Assembly (NCBI GenBank): GCA_963704885.1
Contig: CAVPIB010000004.1
Coordinates: 704,001-768,000, forward strand
DNA: 64,000 nt
DNA from: an uncultured Actinomycetes bacterium
GTDB taxonomy: Bacteria; Actinomycetota; UBA4738; HRBIN12
Reading direction: 5' to 3'
The notes under the pieces are model-generated. The model had not been told where the DNA came from. It saw only the letters and a list, made by a program, of their open reading frames with translations, and ran no database searches. Position 1 is the stretch's first letter; each line of letters begins with the position of its first letter. Position numbers and translations under genes: made by a program. Of this stretch, positions 1-9,023 are shown piece by piece.

Positions 1-1
1 G

Positions 2-637
2 GTACTCGTCGGTGAACTCCTCGGGACTCCAGTCCGACGTGAGGTTCTCGATCAGGGTCTTCGCCATCTCGAGCTCCTGCGGACGGACCTTCGCGTCCAC
101 GCTCACGTCGCCGAACTCCGCGGCGCGGATCTCGTCGGGCCAATACATGGTCTCCAGCACGAACGCGTCGCCCTTGAACCGGAGGACAGCGAGGTGTTCC
201 TTGTCGCGGAAACTCACCTTCGCCACGCCGACCTTGTTTTCTTGAGAGAGCGCCTCGCGTAGCAGCGCGTAGGCCTTGGCGCCGGTCTCCTCGGGGATGA
301 GGTAGTACGACTTCTTGTACAGGATGGGATCGATCTCTTCGAGGTCGACGAACTGCACGATGTCGATCGCCCGGCTGGACTCGACCGGCACCTTGTCGAA
401 GTCGTCCTCTGTGAGCACGACGTACTTGTCCTTCTCGTACTCGTAGCCCTTCACGATGTGGTCGAAAGTGACCTCTTCGCCGTCCACGGAGCAGGTGCGC
501 TTCATGCGGATGCGCCCGCCGTCCTCGTCGTGGAGCTGGTTGAACCGGAGCGTCTTCTCCTCGGTGGCCGGGTAGACGGACACCGGGATGGTCACGAGGC
601 CGAAGCTGATGGCCCCCTTCCACATGGATCTGGGCAT
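2..637 (-). CDS. ku: Non-homologous end joining protein Ku (C-terminus runs off the window)
   Basis: Manual translation from ATG 637 gives MPRSMWKGAISFGLVTIPVSVYPAT...FNQLH...IVKGYEYEKDKYVVL, the typical bacterial Ku N-terminus. GGAGG RBS upstream. Missing from the ORF track because there is no stop inside the window. Confidence 0.96.
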   Translation of the reverse strand, partial: MPRSMWKGAISFGLVTIPVSVYPATEEKTLRFNQLHDEDGGRIRMKRTCSVDGEEVTFDHIVKGYEYEKDKYVVLTEDDFDKVPVESSRAIDIVQFVDLEEIDPILYKKSYYLIPEETGAKAYALLREALSQENKVGVAKVSFRDKEHLAVLRFKGDAFVLETMYWPDEIRAAEFGDVSVDAKVRPQELEMAKTLIENLTSDWSPEEFTDEY

Positions 638-790
638 GTCGTCCTCCAAGCAAGCGTGTTCCCACCCGCACGCAGCGGAAACGCGATTCTACCCCGAGCC
701 GCCGACGCTACTTCCTGCGGCTGGTCAGATCGTGGCACCCCGTGCCACATAGCATCGCGACAGCTCGATCGGTATATGTCGCAAGTGAGA

Positions 791-964
791 TCGACGATAG
801 GTCGATCCGACCGTGTGACTCAACCCCAGGAGGAGCGAGGAATCCGCTCGTGCCTCCGGCGAAAGGACTTCGCAGCTGGCCGGGGGGCGCACCAGGAACG
901 AACCCGGCGTATATGCACGTCAGCCGGGTGACAAGAAGCACCCCTCGGGATCGGTCGCCGTCGG
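791..964 (+). ncRNA. Candidate structured non-coding RNA (family unassigned)
   Basis: No credible CDS here. 791-810 pairs with 945-964. Internal stems: 833-837/845-849, 850-860/879-890, 902-908/923-929. G-U pairs favour the + strand. Confidence 0.5.
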
Positions 965-1024
965 AGCGTTTCGGAATCCATGGATCGCGCCGAGCCCGAT
1001 GTGAAGTGCTTCAAGGCCGGCGAC

Positions 1025-1375
1025 TCAAGCGGGAGCGTTCACCTTGAGCCCCTTCACGCGGGTGAAGTCAGCGGCGTTCCGCGTCAAGAGCCCGAGACCG
1101 TGTTCGAGGGCCGTGGCAGCTATCAAGGCATCGGGCGTGCGGACGTTGGTAGCCCGACGGATCCGACCGGCACGTTCGGCGATCGCTCGATCGACCGACA
1201 ACTCTGCGAACGGTGAAAGTAGCAGTCCGAGCGACTCTTCCTCGGCATCGCGACCGGCGAACAATTCGCACCGGGTAACGACCGAGTAGGACAGGCGATG
1301 CGAGCCCACCTTGATCGGAGACGCGCCACGTACATGGTCGACGAAGACGTCGGTGTCGACCAGTAGATCAGCCAT
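1025..1375 (-). CDS. vapC: PIN-domain toxin, VapC family
   Basis: MADLLVDTDVFVD...SVVTRCEL...TPDALIAATALEHGLGLLTRNAADF shows the PIN acidic residues. Start overlaps the antitoxin stop. Confidence 0.92.
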   Translation of the reverse strand: MADLLVDTDVFVDHVRGASPIKVGSHRLSYSVVTRCELFAGRDAEEESLGLLLSPFAELSVDRAIAERAGRIRRATNVRTPDALIAATALEHGLGLLTRNAADFTRVKGLKVNAPA

Positions 1376-1592
1376 CGCGATCCCATTCGTCCCTCGAAGG
1401 GACTCGGAAGTCGGGGGCGATCCCGAACGTGGCATCGAGCGCCACCCTCGGCTCAGGAGGCGCGCCGGCGAGGTAGGCGTCGATCGCTTCACGGACTATC
1501 TCCGCCAAAGATCGGTCCTCCTTTCGGGCGATCGCATCCAGCCGCTTGCGTTGTTCCACCGTCAGATACACCTGCGTCCTAGTCGATACCAT
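1368..1592 (-). CDS. vapB: Ribbon-helix-helix (CopG-like) antitoxin, VapB
   Basis: RTQVYLTVEQRKRLDAIARKEDRSLAEIVREAIDAYL fits the RHH pattern. Lies directly upstream of the PIN gene. Confidence 0.9.
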   Translation of the reverse strand: MVSTRTQVYLTVEQRKRLDAIARKEDRSLAEIVREAIDAYLAGAPPEPRVALDATFGIAPDFRVPSRDEWDRDG

Positions 1593-1611
1593 ATACAGCG
1601 CAGTATACAGC
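1592..1611 (-). promoter_or_regulatory. vapBC -10 box (TATACT) within a TATACAGC direct repeat; putative autoregulatory operator
   Basis: tatacagc at 1592-1599 and 1604-1611 (+ strand); TATACT on the - strand about 9 nt before the ATG. Confidence 0.5.
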
Positions 1612-1719
1612 ATCGCTCTCCGTCTATCACGACCCTACCCCGAAGGACCGACGCTGCTGCTCAGAGACGTGAGCGGCTCTGCCTGGCACCAGCTTCGACC
1701 AAGACCCATACTCCCGTCC

Positions 1720-4700
1720 ATGGACGGAGGTGGTCCCAAGGGCCGCGGCGACGTGGATGATGCGCGGCCACCCCCGGGCGAATCTGGCTCCAACGATGCT
1801 TCGATCAAGACCTTCCTGATCGTCGACGTTCGGGGATGGACCCTCTTCACACAAACGCATGGCGATGAAGCTGCCGCCAAGCTCGCGGCAAGGTTCGCCG
1901 AGGTGGTTCGCGAGGGCGTGCAACGCCGCGACGGGATCGTCCTGGAGCTTCGAGGCGACGAGGCGCTATGCGTGTTCTCCTCCGCACGACAGGCCATCCG
2001 TGCAGCCGTTGACCTCCAAGACCGACTCCTCGAGGAAACCGTCTCCAACCCCGACCTCCCCCTGCCCGCCGGCATCGGCCTGGATGCCGGGGAGGCGGTA
2101 GCGGTCGAGGGTGGCTATCGCGGTGGCGCGCTGAACCTGGCCGCTCGGCTCTGCGGGCAAGCGAAAGCCGGCGAGATCCTGGCATCGAGGGAGGTCGTGC
2201 ATCTGGCGAGGCACGTCGAGGGCGTTCGTTACCAAGAGCACGGAAGCCTCAGCCTGAAGGGACTCGCCGAGCCGGTCGCCGTGGTTCGCGTGATCTCGGA
2301 GACGCACGATCCCGCCGAGAAACTCGCCGCGTTCGCGCCGCCGCCGCCAACCTCTGAGCGGCCATCACGGCGGCGGCGGCGCACCATCCTCGTGGCCGCG
2401 GGCCTGACTATCGCACTGATCGCGGTCGGGATCCCTGTGGTCCGTTCGCTGTCGAAGGGCGACCCGATCGTGATCGAGACGAACTCGCTCGTCTCGATGG
2501 ACCAGGACGGACGGGTCGAGGCGTCGGTTCCGCTAGGCACCCGTCCCGGCGCGGTCGCCGCCGGAGCAGGTGCCGTGTGGGTCGCGAGCCCCGACGACGG
2601 CCGCGTAAGCCGGATCGACCCGGGTTCGGGGGCAGTGGTCGACACGATCAAGGTCGGCGTCGACCCGTCGGCGATCGCGGTCGGCGAGGGATCGGTCTGG
2701 GTCGCCAACGCGGGAGGGCCTAGCGTCTCGCGGATCAGCCCGGACACGAACGAGGTCGTGGAGACCATCGAGACCTGCAGCGGCCCGAACGCGATCGCCA
2801 CCGGGCTCAGCGCCGTCTGGGTCACCTGCGCCTTCGACTCCCTGGCGCTCAGGATCGACCCGGGAACCGGCGAGACGGTGCAGATCCGGCTCCCCGGGAC
2901 CCCTACCGGGGTGGCCGTCGCCGATGGAGCCCTGTGGGTGTCCATCACCACCTCGGCCACGGTGGTACGGGTCGACCCGGCAACCTTCGAGGTCGTGGGC
3001 GAGATCGAGGTGGGCAACGGTCCCGAGGCCATCGTGTCGACCTCCGGAGCGATCTGGGTGGCGAACCGGCTCGACGGCACGGTCGACCGACTCGACCCCG
3101 AGACCGGCACGAGGCGCGTCACGATCGAGGTCGGGCGCGACCCGAGCGCCCTCGCGGCGACCGAGGGCGCCGTTTGGGTCACGACAGCCTTCGAGGGGCG
3201 CGTCGTGAGCATCGACACAGGAACGAACCAGATCGATCGGGAAGTCGATATGGGGAAGACGACCGCGTCGATCGCCGTTACCGGCGAGCAGATCTGGGCG
3301 ACCGCTGGCGCCCCCGCCGGGGGTCATCGCGGTGGCACGCTACGGATCTCGATGCCCCTTGTCGATATCCTCGATCCGGGCTTCGCCTATGGTCCGGAGT
3401 GGCAGATCATCTCCCTCACGAACGATGGCCTCGTCGGATACCGACGCGTCGGAGGGATCGGCGGCACCACGCTCGTACCCGACCTCGCCCTGTCATTGCC
3501 GACCCCGACCGAGGACGGCTTGACGTACCGATTCCAGCTCCGTCCCGGCATCCGCTACTCGACCGGCGAGATCGTCGAACCGACCGATGTCCGATTCGCG
3601 ATCGAACGCGTGCTGGCATCCAGGTCGGACGGACGGCAGTTCTACCAGGCGATCTTGGGAGCCGACGGCTGCATCGTCGGCGGTGCATGCGACCTGTCCG
3701 ACGGGATCGTCGTGGATCCCACGGCCAACACGATTACGTTCCACCTGAGCGAGCCTGATCCCGAGTTCCTCTACGAGCTGGCGATGCCGTTCGCCTTCCC
3801 GGTGCCACCCGATACCCCGGAGGGCAACCAAGCGCTCGATCCCGTTCCCGCGACGGGCCCCTACATGATCACCAGCAGCAGCGGGGACGTCGTCGAGCTC
3901 GACCGGAACCCCGAGTTCCAAGCATGGAACTCCCCAGCCCGTCCGGATGGGTTCCCCGATCGGATCGTGATCGAGATCCTGGGTGACGGCGATGCCGCGA
4001 TCGAGCGGGTCCTCGACGGCTCCCTCGACTGGACGAACTCCGAGCCGTCTCCGGAGGTCCTCGATGAGCTCCTCACGCAGCGACCCGGCCAGATCCATCT
4101 CGCCCCGACCACCGCGATCTGGCACATGATCCTCAACACGACGGCACCGCCGTTCAACGACGTCCGGGTCCGTCAAGCGGTGAACCTCGGCATCGACCGC
4201 GACCGCATCGCCGCCATCTTCGGCGGGACCGGCCGATCCACGTGCCAGATCCTCACGCCGAACTTCCCCTCGTACGATCCGTACTGCCCGTTCACGCTCG
4301 ACCCTGGCCCCACTTGGAACGGACCCGATCTGGAGGGCGCTCGCGCGCTCATCTCGCGCGCCGGCGAGGTGGGACGAAAGGTCGAAGTGGCGGTCTGGAC
4401 CGGGCTCCCCGCTCCAGTGGAGGCTGTCGCCGACCACTTCGCCGGTCTGCTGCGCGATCTCGGACTGCGCGCGACTATCAAGGCTACGTCGGATCCGGGC
4501 GAGTTCTTCGCTCTGATCTCCCAGGGGAAGACACAGATGGCGCTGCTGGGGTGGTCACCGGACTACCCGGCCCCCGCCGGAGTGCTCCCTCCGGAGTTCC
4601 GCTGTGGCTTGAGCACCAACGTCTTCTTCTTCTGCGAGCCCGGGATCGACGAGGCTATGGATCAAGCGAGAGCACTGCAGGTGGAAGATCCGGCCGCCGC

Positions 4701-4860
4701 GACGGTCGCCTGGACGGACATCGAACACCGGATCGTCGACCTCGCCCCGCTCGTTCCGCTCGTCGTGCGTCTCGAGAGCGGCCTCGTGTCGGAAAGGACC
4801 GGCAACTACCAAAGCCATCCCCAGTGGGGGGCACTGCTGGATCAGCTCTGGGTCGTCTAG
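1720..4860 (+). CDS. Membrane receptor: class III nucleotide cyclase - TM - beta-propeller - ABC solute-binding family 5 domain
   Basis: Cyclase motifs FLIVDVRGWT, ELRGDEAL, GALNLAARL. RRRRR followed by a hydrophobic helix. Repeated P.A(V/I)A.G.G.VWV...G.V.RIDP blades. SBP5 motifs PDLA...DGLTYRFQLR, PATGPY, PFNDVRVRQA. CATACT 7 nt before ATG 1720 supports this start. Confidence 0.88.
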   Translation: MDGGGPKGRGDVDDARPPPGESGSNDASIKTFLIVDVRGWTLFTQTHGDEAAAKLAARFAEVVREGVQRRDGIVLELRGDEALCVFSSARQAIRAAVDLQDRLLEETVSNPDLPLPAGIGLDAGEAVAVEGGYRGGALNLAARLCGQAKAGEILASREVVHLARHVEGVRYQEHGSLSLKGLAEPVAVVRVISETHDPAEKLAAFAPPPPTSERPSRRRRRTILVAAGLTIALIAVGIPVVRSLSKGDPIVIETNSLVSMDQDGRVEASVPLGTRPGAVAAGAGAVWVASPDDGRVSRIDPGSGAVVDTIKVGVDPSAIAVGEGSVWVANAGGPSVSRISPDTNEVVETIETCSGPNAIATGLSAVWVTCAFDSLALRIDPGTGETVQIRLPGTPTGVAVADGALWVSITTSATVVRVDPATFEVVGEIEVGNGPEAIVSTSGAIWVANRLDGTVDRLDPETGTRRVTIEVGRDPSALAATEGAVWVTTAFEGRVVSIDTGTNQIDREVDMGKTTASIAVTGEQIWATAGAPAGGHRGGTLRISMPLVDILDPGFAYGPEWQIISLTNDGLVGYRRVGGIGGTTLVPDLALSLPTPTEDGLTYRFQLRPGIRYSTGEIVEPTDVRFAIERVLASRSDGRQFYQAILGADGCIVGGACDLSDGIVVDPTANTITFHLSEPDPEFLYELAMPFAFPVPPDTPEGNQALDPVPATGPYMITSSSGDVVELDRNPEFQAWNSPARPDGFPDRIVIEILGDGDAAIERVLDGSLDWTNSEPSPEVLDELLTQRPGQIHLAPTTAIWHMILNTTAPPFNDVRVRQAVNLGIDRDRIAAIFGGTGRSTCQILTPNFPSYDPYCPFTLDPGPTWNGPDLEGARALISRAGEVGRKVEVAVWTGLPAPVEAVADHFAGLLRDLGLRATIKATSDPGEFFALISQGKTQMALLGWSPDYPAPAGVLPPEFRCGLSTNVFFFCEPGIDEAMDQARALQVEDPAAATVAWTDIEHRIVDLAPLVPLVVRLESGLVSERTGNYQSHPQWGALLDQLWVV

Positions 4861-4883
4861 CGGGTGCCGACTACCATCGCGGT

Positions 4884-7381
4884 ATGCCACCCAAGCGGCA
4901 GCGCGCCCGCACCTCCCCGACCCCGTTCACCGTCGAGTTCCCGCTGGCGCTGGACGCGCGCCGGGACGGCGACGCTTGGTGGTTCGAGGTGGACGGGCGC
5001 GAGCTCCGCCTGTCCAACCTGGACAAGATCTTCTGGCCCGACGAGGGCTACACGAAAGGCGACCTTGTCGCGTACTACATGAACGTTGCGCATCTGATCG
5101 TGCCGCACCTGGCCGAGCGTCCGCTCACCTTGAAGCGGATGCCCGACGGCATCACGGGCCCGCACTTCTACGAGAAGTCGGCGCCCTCGCACGTCCCCGA
5201 CTGGATCGGCCGCTGCCCTGTCATGAGCGAGGACAGCAAGAAGGGCGTGATCGACTACATGACGATCGCCGACACGGCCGGCCTGCTCTTCATCGCGAAC
5301 CTGGGCTGCATCGAGTTCCATCCGCTGCATTCGCGGTGCGAAGACGTCGCGCACCCCGACTACATGTTCTTCGATCTCGATCCGTTCCCGCCTTACACGT
5401 ACGAGGACGTCCTCACGGTCGCGCGCCACATCAAGGTGCTCCTGGATCAGCTCGGCCTGGCCGCGTTCCCGAAGACGAGCGGTGCGACCGGCTTGCAGAT
5501 CTACATCCCCGTCGAGCGGGGCACCTATACGTACGAGCAGGTCCGCGATCTCGTCGGCCGCTGCGGACGGCTGATCCACGACGCCGACCCCGACCGCGTG
5601 ACCATGGCGTGGAAGATCGCCGATCGAACAGGCAAGACCTTCATCGACCACAACATGAACCGCTCGGGCGCGAACATCTCGGCCGCGTATTCCCTGCGAC
5701 CGGAACCGCGCGCCCCGGTCTCCACGCCGCTCACGTGGGACGAGGTGTTCGAAGGCGGGTTCGAGCCCCAGGACTTCCGGATCGACAACGTCTCCGAACG
5801 GTTCGCCCGCGTCGGCGATCTGTTCGAGGGCGTGCGCGCCCAGGCGATGGACCTGACCAACGCGTTCGAGGCGGTCGGCATGAGCGCTGAGGGTGACGCG
5901 AAGCCCACGCGCACCCGAACGTCCGAGGACGTGATCGCCGCCTCGAAGGATCCGAACCTGGCCGAGTACATCCGCAAACGGGACTTCGAGGGAACGCCTG
6001 AGCCCGCGCCCGGCGCTTCGGAGGGCCAGGGCAACTCGTTCGTGATCCACAAGCACCGCGCGACGCGCCTGCACTACGACGTGCGGCTGGAGCGCGACGG
6101 CGCCCTGCCGAGCTGGGCCGTGCCCAAGGGCCTCCCCACGGTGAAGGGCGACAAGCGCCTGGCCGTTCGCACCGAGGATCACCCGCTGGAGTACGGCAAG
6201 TTCTCGGGGACGATCCCCGCCGGGCATTACGGCGCGGGCGAGGTCCGGATCTTCGACGACGGCTGGTACGAGTCCGTCGAGTGGGACGACAAGAAGGTCT
6301 CGTTCCGCTGCACGGCCGGCGGTACCCCGGGCTCGAGTTCCACTTCGTGAAGACGAGGACCGATTGGCTGGCGTTCCTGGCGAGCGCGCAAGAGGCACCG
6401 ATGATCGAGTCGCCGAGGCGGTTCCAACCGATGCTCGCCGAGGGCGGGTGGCAGGCGTTCGACGACGACGGCTGGTGGTTCGAGCCCAAGCTCGACGGCA
6501 TCCGCTGCCTGGCCGAGATGACGACCGGCGAGACCAAGCTCATCACGCGCACCGGTCGCGACGTCACGTCGCAGTACCCCGACATCCATATGATCCACGA
6601 GCTGGTCGACCAGGTGAACGCGGTGCTCGACGGCGAGATCGTGGCGTTCGACGCCGAGGGGAAGAACTCGTTCGAGGCTCTCCAGCAACGCATGAACCTG
6701 GCGAACGAGCGCGAGATCAAGCGGCTGGCCAAGCAGCTGCCGGTGGCGCTGGTGGTGTTCGATCTGCTCTGGCTCGACGGTCGTGAGACGACGGGGCTCA
6801 CGCTCGAGGAGCGCCGAGAGTTGCTCGAGCTGATCGTCGAGCAGGACGATCGCCTCCAGCTCATGACACACGTGGAGGGCGAGGGCAAGGCGTTCACGGA
6901 GGCGGCGCGCGGCCTGGGCCTGGAGGGCGTGGTGGCCAAGAAGAAGGGCTCGAAGTACCTGCCCGGCAGACGTTCCGACACGTGGCGCAAGATCAAGCTC
7001 ACGAACACCCAGGATTGCGTGATCCTGGGCTGGACACCCGGGCAGGGCGGGCGCTCCAAGACGTTCGGTGCACTCCTGGTCGGCGCGCTCGACGACGGAG
7101 TGTGGCGATGGATCGGTCAGGTCGGTACGGGATTCACCGACCAGATGCTCGTGACCGTGCAGGAGCAGCTCGATCCGCTGGCGCGCGACACTCCGCCGAT
7201 CGAAGATCCGGAGCTGGCGGTGGTGAAGGGCGCGCGATTCGTGGAGCCCGAACTCGTCTGCGAGGTCGAGTTCCTGGAGATCACGAAGGGCGCGAAGAAG
7301 ATGCGCGCCCCGTCGTTCAAGGGGCTACGCCCCGACAAGACGCCCGACGATTGCCTCCTCGAGGGCCCCCGCGGTCGGTGA
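4884..7381 (+). CDS. ligD: DNA ligase D (polymerase-phosphoesterase-ligase), frameshifted near 6308
   Basis: LSNLDK..TKGDL, FDLDP, KTSG (Pol); HRATRLHYDVRLE, TEDHP (PE); EPKLDGIR, DGEIV, EGVVAK (ligase). One missing base at cgc[c]tgcac would join the two ORFs. Confidence 0.93.
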
Positions 7382-7385
7382 TGGA

Positions 7386-7706
7386 TTACGCGCCCGGAGC
7401 GCGGTACGGCACCGCCTTCGCTGCGCCGGCATCGACGTCTTCGCCGGTCAGCAGGACGGTGGTCTCTATCGAGACTGCGCCGCTCGCCCCCACCGTCATC
7501 GCGACCCCTGCGGCCGTCTGGTTGTCCGGCATATCCGCGATCGCGTACAGGTCGTGTTCGCCGAAAGCCCAGTAGAACGACTCGACGGTGCCGCCGAGAT
7601 CGGCGACGAGCTTCGAGATGTACTCCCGACGGCTCACCGCGCCTTCCTTGATCAGACCCTGCAGGCCTGACTGCGTGTACGACACCTTCCACAGGTACTT
7701 GCTCAT
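7386..7706 (-). CDS. GYD domain protein
   Basis: MSKYLWKVSYT..G...GGTVESFYWAFGEHD pattern; GGAGG RBS. Confidence 0.8.
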   Translation of the reverse strand: MSKYLWKVSYTQSGLQGLIKEGAVSRREYISKLVADLGGTVESFYWAFGEHDLYAIADMPDNQTAAGVAMTVGASGAVSIETTVLLTGEDVDAGAAKAVPYRAPGA

Positions 7707-7770
7707 CGCGGCCTCCATCCGTTCGGGTCCGACATATTGCGCCTGGATCAGGTGCGGGCGCAAACCGAAC

Positions 7771-8280
7771 TCAGAAGGGCTCGTAGCCCGCCTTCACCAG
7801 GAGCGCCCGGACCTCGCGCTCCTCCATCCCGCGGCCGACCATCTCGTGGTACAGGCGTACCGCGCCGAGCGACCGGCCACACCGCGGGCAGAAGTGGAAG
7901 TGGGGCTCGAACGCCGTCTCACACCACGGACACTGTGCGACCTCGATCTTGCGGTCGGGCTCCAATCCCGTGTCGGCCAGAGCGTCGATGTAGCCCTTGC
8001 CGTAGTCCCACTGGATGTACTCCTCTTCCAAGATCTCGAACGCCGGCTCGTGCATCCGCGGCTCGCCCGTCTGGAGCATGTTCTCCAGGTTGTCCTGCAA
8101 CAGCGCCCATTCGTAGAAGTGGTTCGCGCCGCAGTCCTGGCAGGCGATCACCACGCCCTTCACGCTTTGGGGCGAGAAGAGCCCACGCATGGCGGCAAGG
8201 TCGTGGAGGTCCGCCTCGACGTCCGCGCGCTCGTCGGGAGTGAGCTCGATCGGCTCCTCGGCGTCGGAGTTGTCTTCCAT
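7771..8280 (-). CDS. DUF5319-like protein with C-terminal double zinc ribbon
   Basis: DVEADL.DL...GVVIACQDCG..H...W..L...HEPAF....YIQWDY..GY, then CPWC...CPRCG. Confidence 0.7.
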   Translation of the reverse strand: MEDNSDAEEPIELTPDERADVEADLHDLAAMRGLFSPQSVKGVVIACQDCGANHFYEWALLQDNLENMLQTGEPRMHEPAFEILEEEYIQWDYGKGYIDALADTGLEPDRKIEVAQCPWCETAFEPHFHFCPRCGRSLGAVRLYHEMVGRGMEEREVRALLVKAGYEPF

Positions 8281-8987
8281 CACGCCTCTTCATCGTCGTC
8301 AACGAAGCGGAACGTCTTGAACGCCTCGGCGAACTCGTGCCCCGCCTCCCGACCGATCTCCTGAGCGCGTTCCCGCACCCGCGCCCCGGTGTCGGGACCC
8401 ACCTGCGAGACGTGCTCCGCCAGCGCCTTCAGCTTGATCTCGATCGTGTCCGTGATGTCCACATGGGTATCGGGCTCGCCCGAGCTCAGCCACAGGTTGC
8501 GCACCTCGAACGGTTCGATCCCCTCGTCCAGAAGCTCGGGGAACATCAGACGTGTGGGCGCGTCGGGCATGACCGCGGACAGCGCAAGCATGCCGGCCGC
8601 CTTATGATCGGAATGGTTCACGTACCCGTTCCCGTGCCACAGGCGCGACGGATCCGGGGCGACGATCACGTCGGGGCGCAGGCGCCGGACCTCCCGCGTC
8701 ACCTTGCGACGCGTCTCGAGCGTGACCTCAAGCATCCCGTCCACCTCGCCCAGGAACGTGATAGAGCGAACCCCCAGCACCTCGGCGGCGGCGCGCTGCT
8801 CCCGTTCGCGGATAGGGCGTAGCTCCTCGCGGGTCACCCCGGGTTCGTTGGATCCGGCAGATCCGTCGGTGACCACCACGTAGTGGATTTCGCAGCCCTC
8901 GAGCGCCCACTTGGCGACGGTTCCGCCGCACATGAACTCGGCATCGTCGGGATGGGCGAACAGGACCAACGCACTCGGAAAGGCCAT
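8280..8987 (-). CDS. PIG-L/LmbE family deacetylase
   Basis: AHPDDAE motif, REREQRAAA, NHSDH; TACCCT -10 directly upstream (leaderless). Confidence 0.9.
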   Translation of the reverse strand: MAFPSALVLFAHPDDAEFMCGGTVAKWALEGCEIHYVVVTDGSAGSNEPGVTREELRPIREREQRAAAEVLGVRSITFLGEVDGMLEVTLETRRKVTREVRRLRPDVIVAPDPSRLWHGNGYVNHSDHKAAGMLALSAVMPDAPTRLMFPELLDEGIEPFEVRNLWLSSGEPDTHVDITDTIEIKLKALAEHVSQVGPDTGARVRERAQEIGREAGHEFAEAFKTFRFVDDDEEA

Positions 8988-9023
8988 GTCAGGAGGGTAG
9001 CGCCTCGAGGTGGTAGCAGCACG

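Noticed and set aside
708-1047. Small ORFs in the ku-vapC gap (708-941, 742-1047, 820-1014)
   Set aside because: They have no clear RBS, no recognisable motifs and atypical composition; RNA structure explains the region better.
2470-3300. About 125-nt periodic degenerate repeats
   Set aside because: They encode the beta-propeller blades of the receptor cyclase and have no repeat-spacer structure.
6290-6350. Programmed ribosomal frameshift between LigD PE and ligase
   Set aside because: There is no slippery sequence, the break falls inside the PE region, and similar indels occur in unrelated genes.
4857-7059. Long antisense or alternate-frame ORFs (also 28531-29508, 42137-43606, 45252-46763, 62579-63973 and many others)
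   Set aside because: These are shadow ORFs expected in high-GC DNA: R/P/G/A-rich, without motifs, and overlapping well-supported genes.
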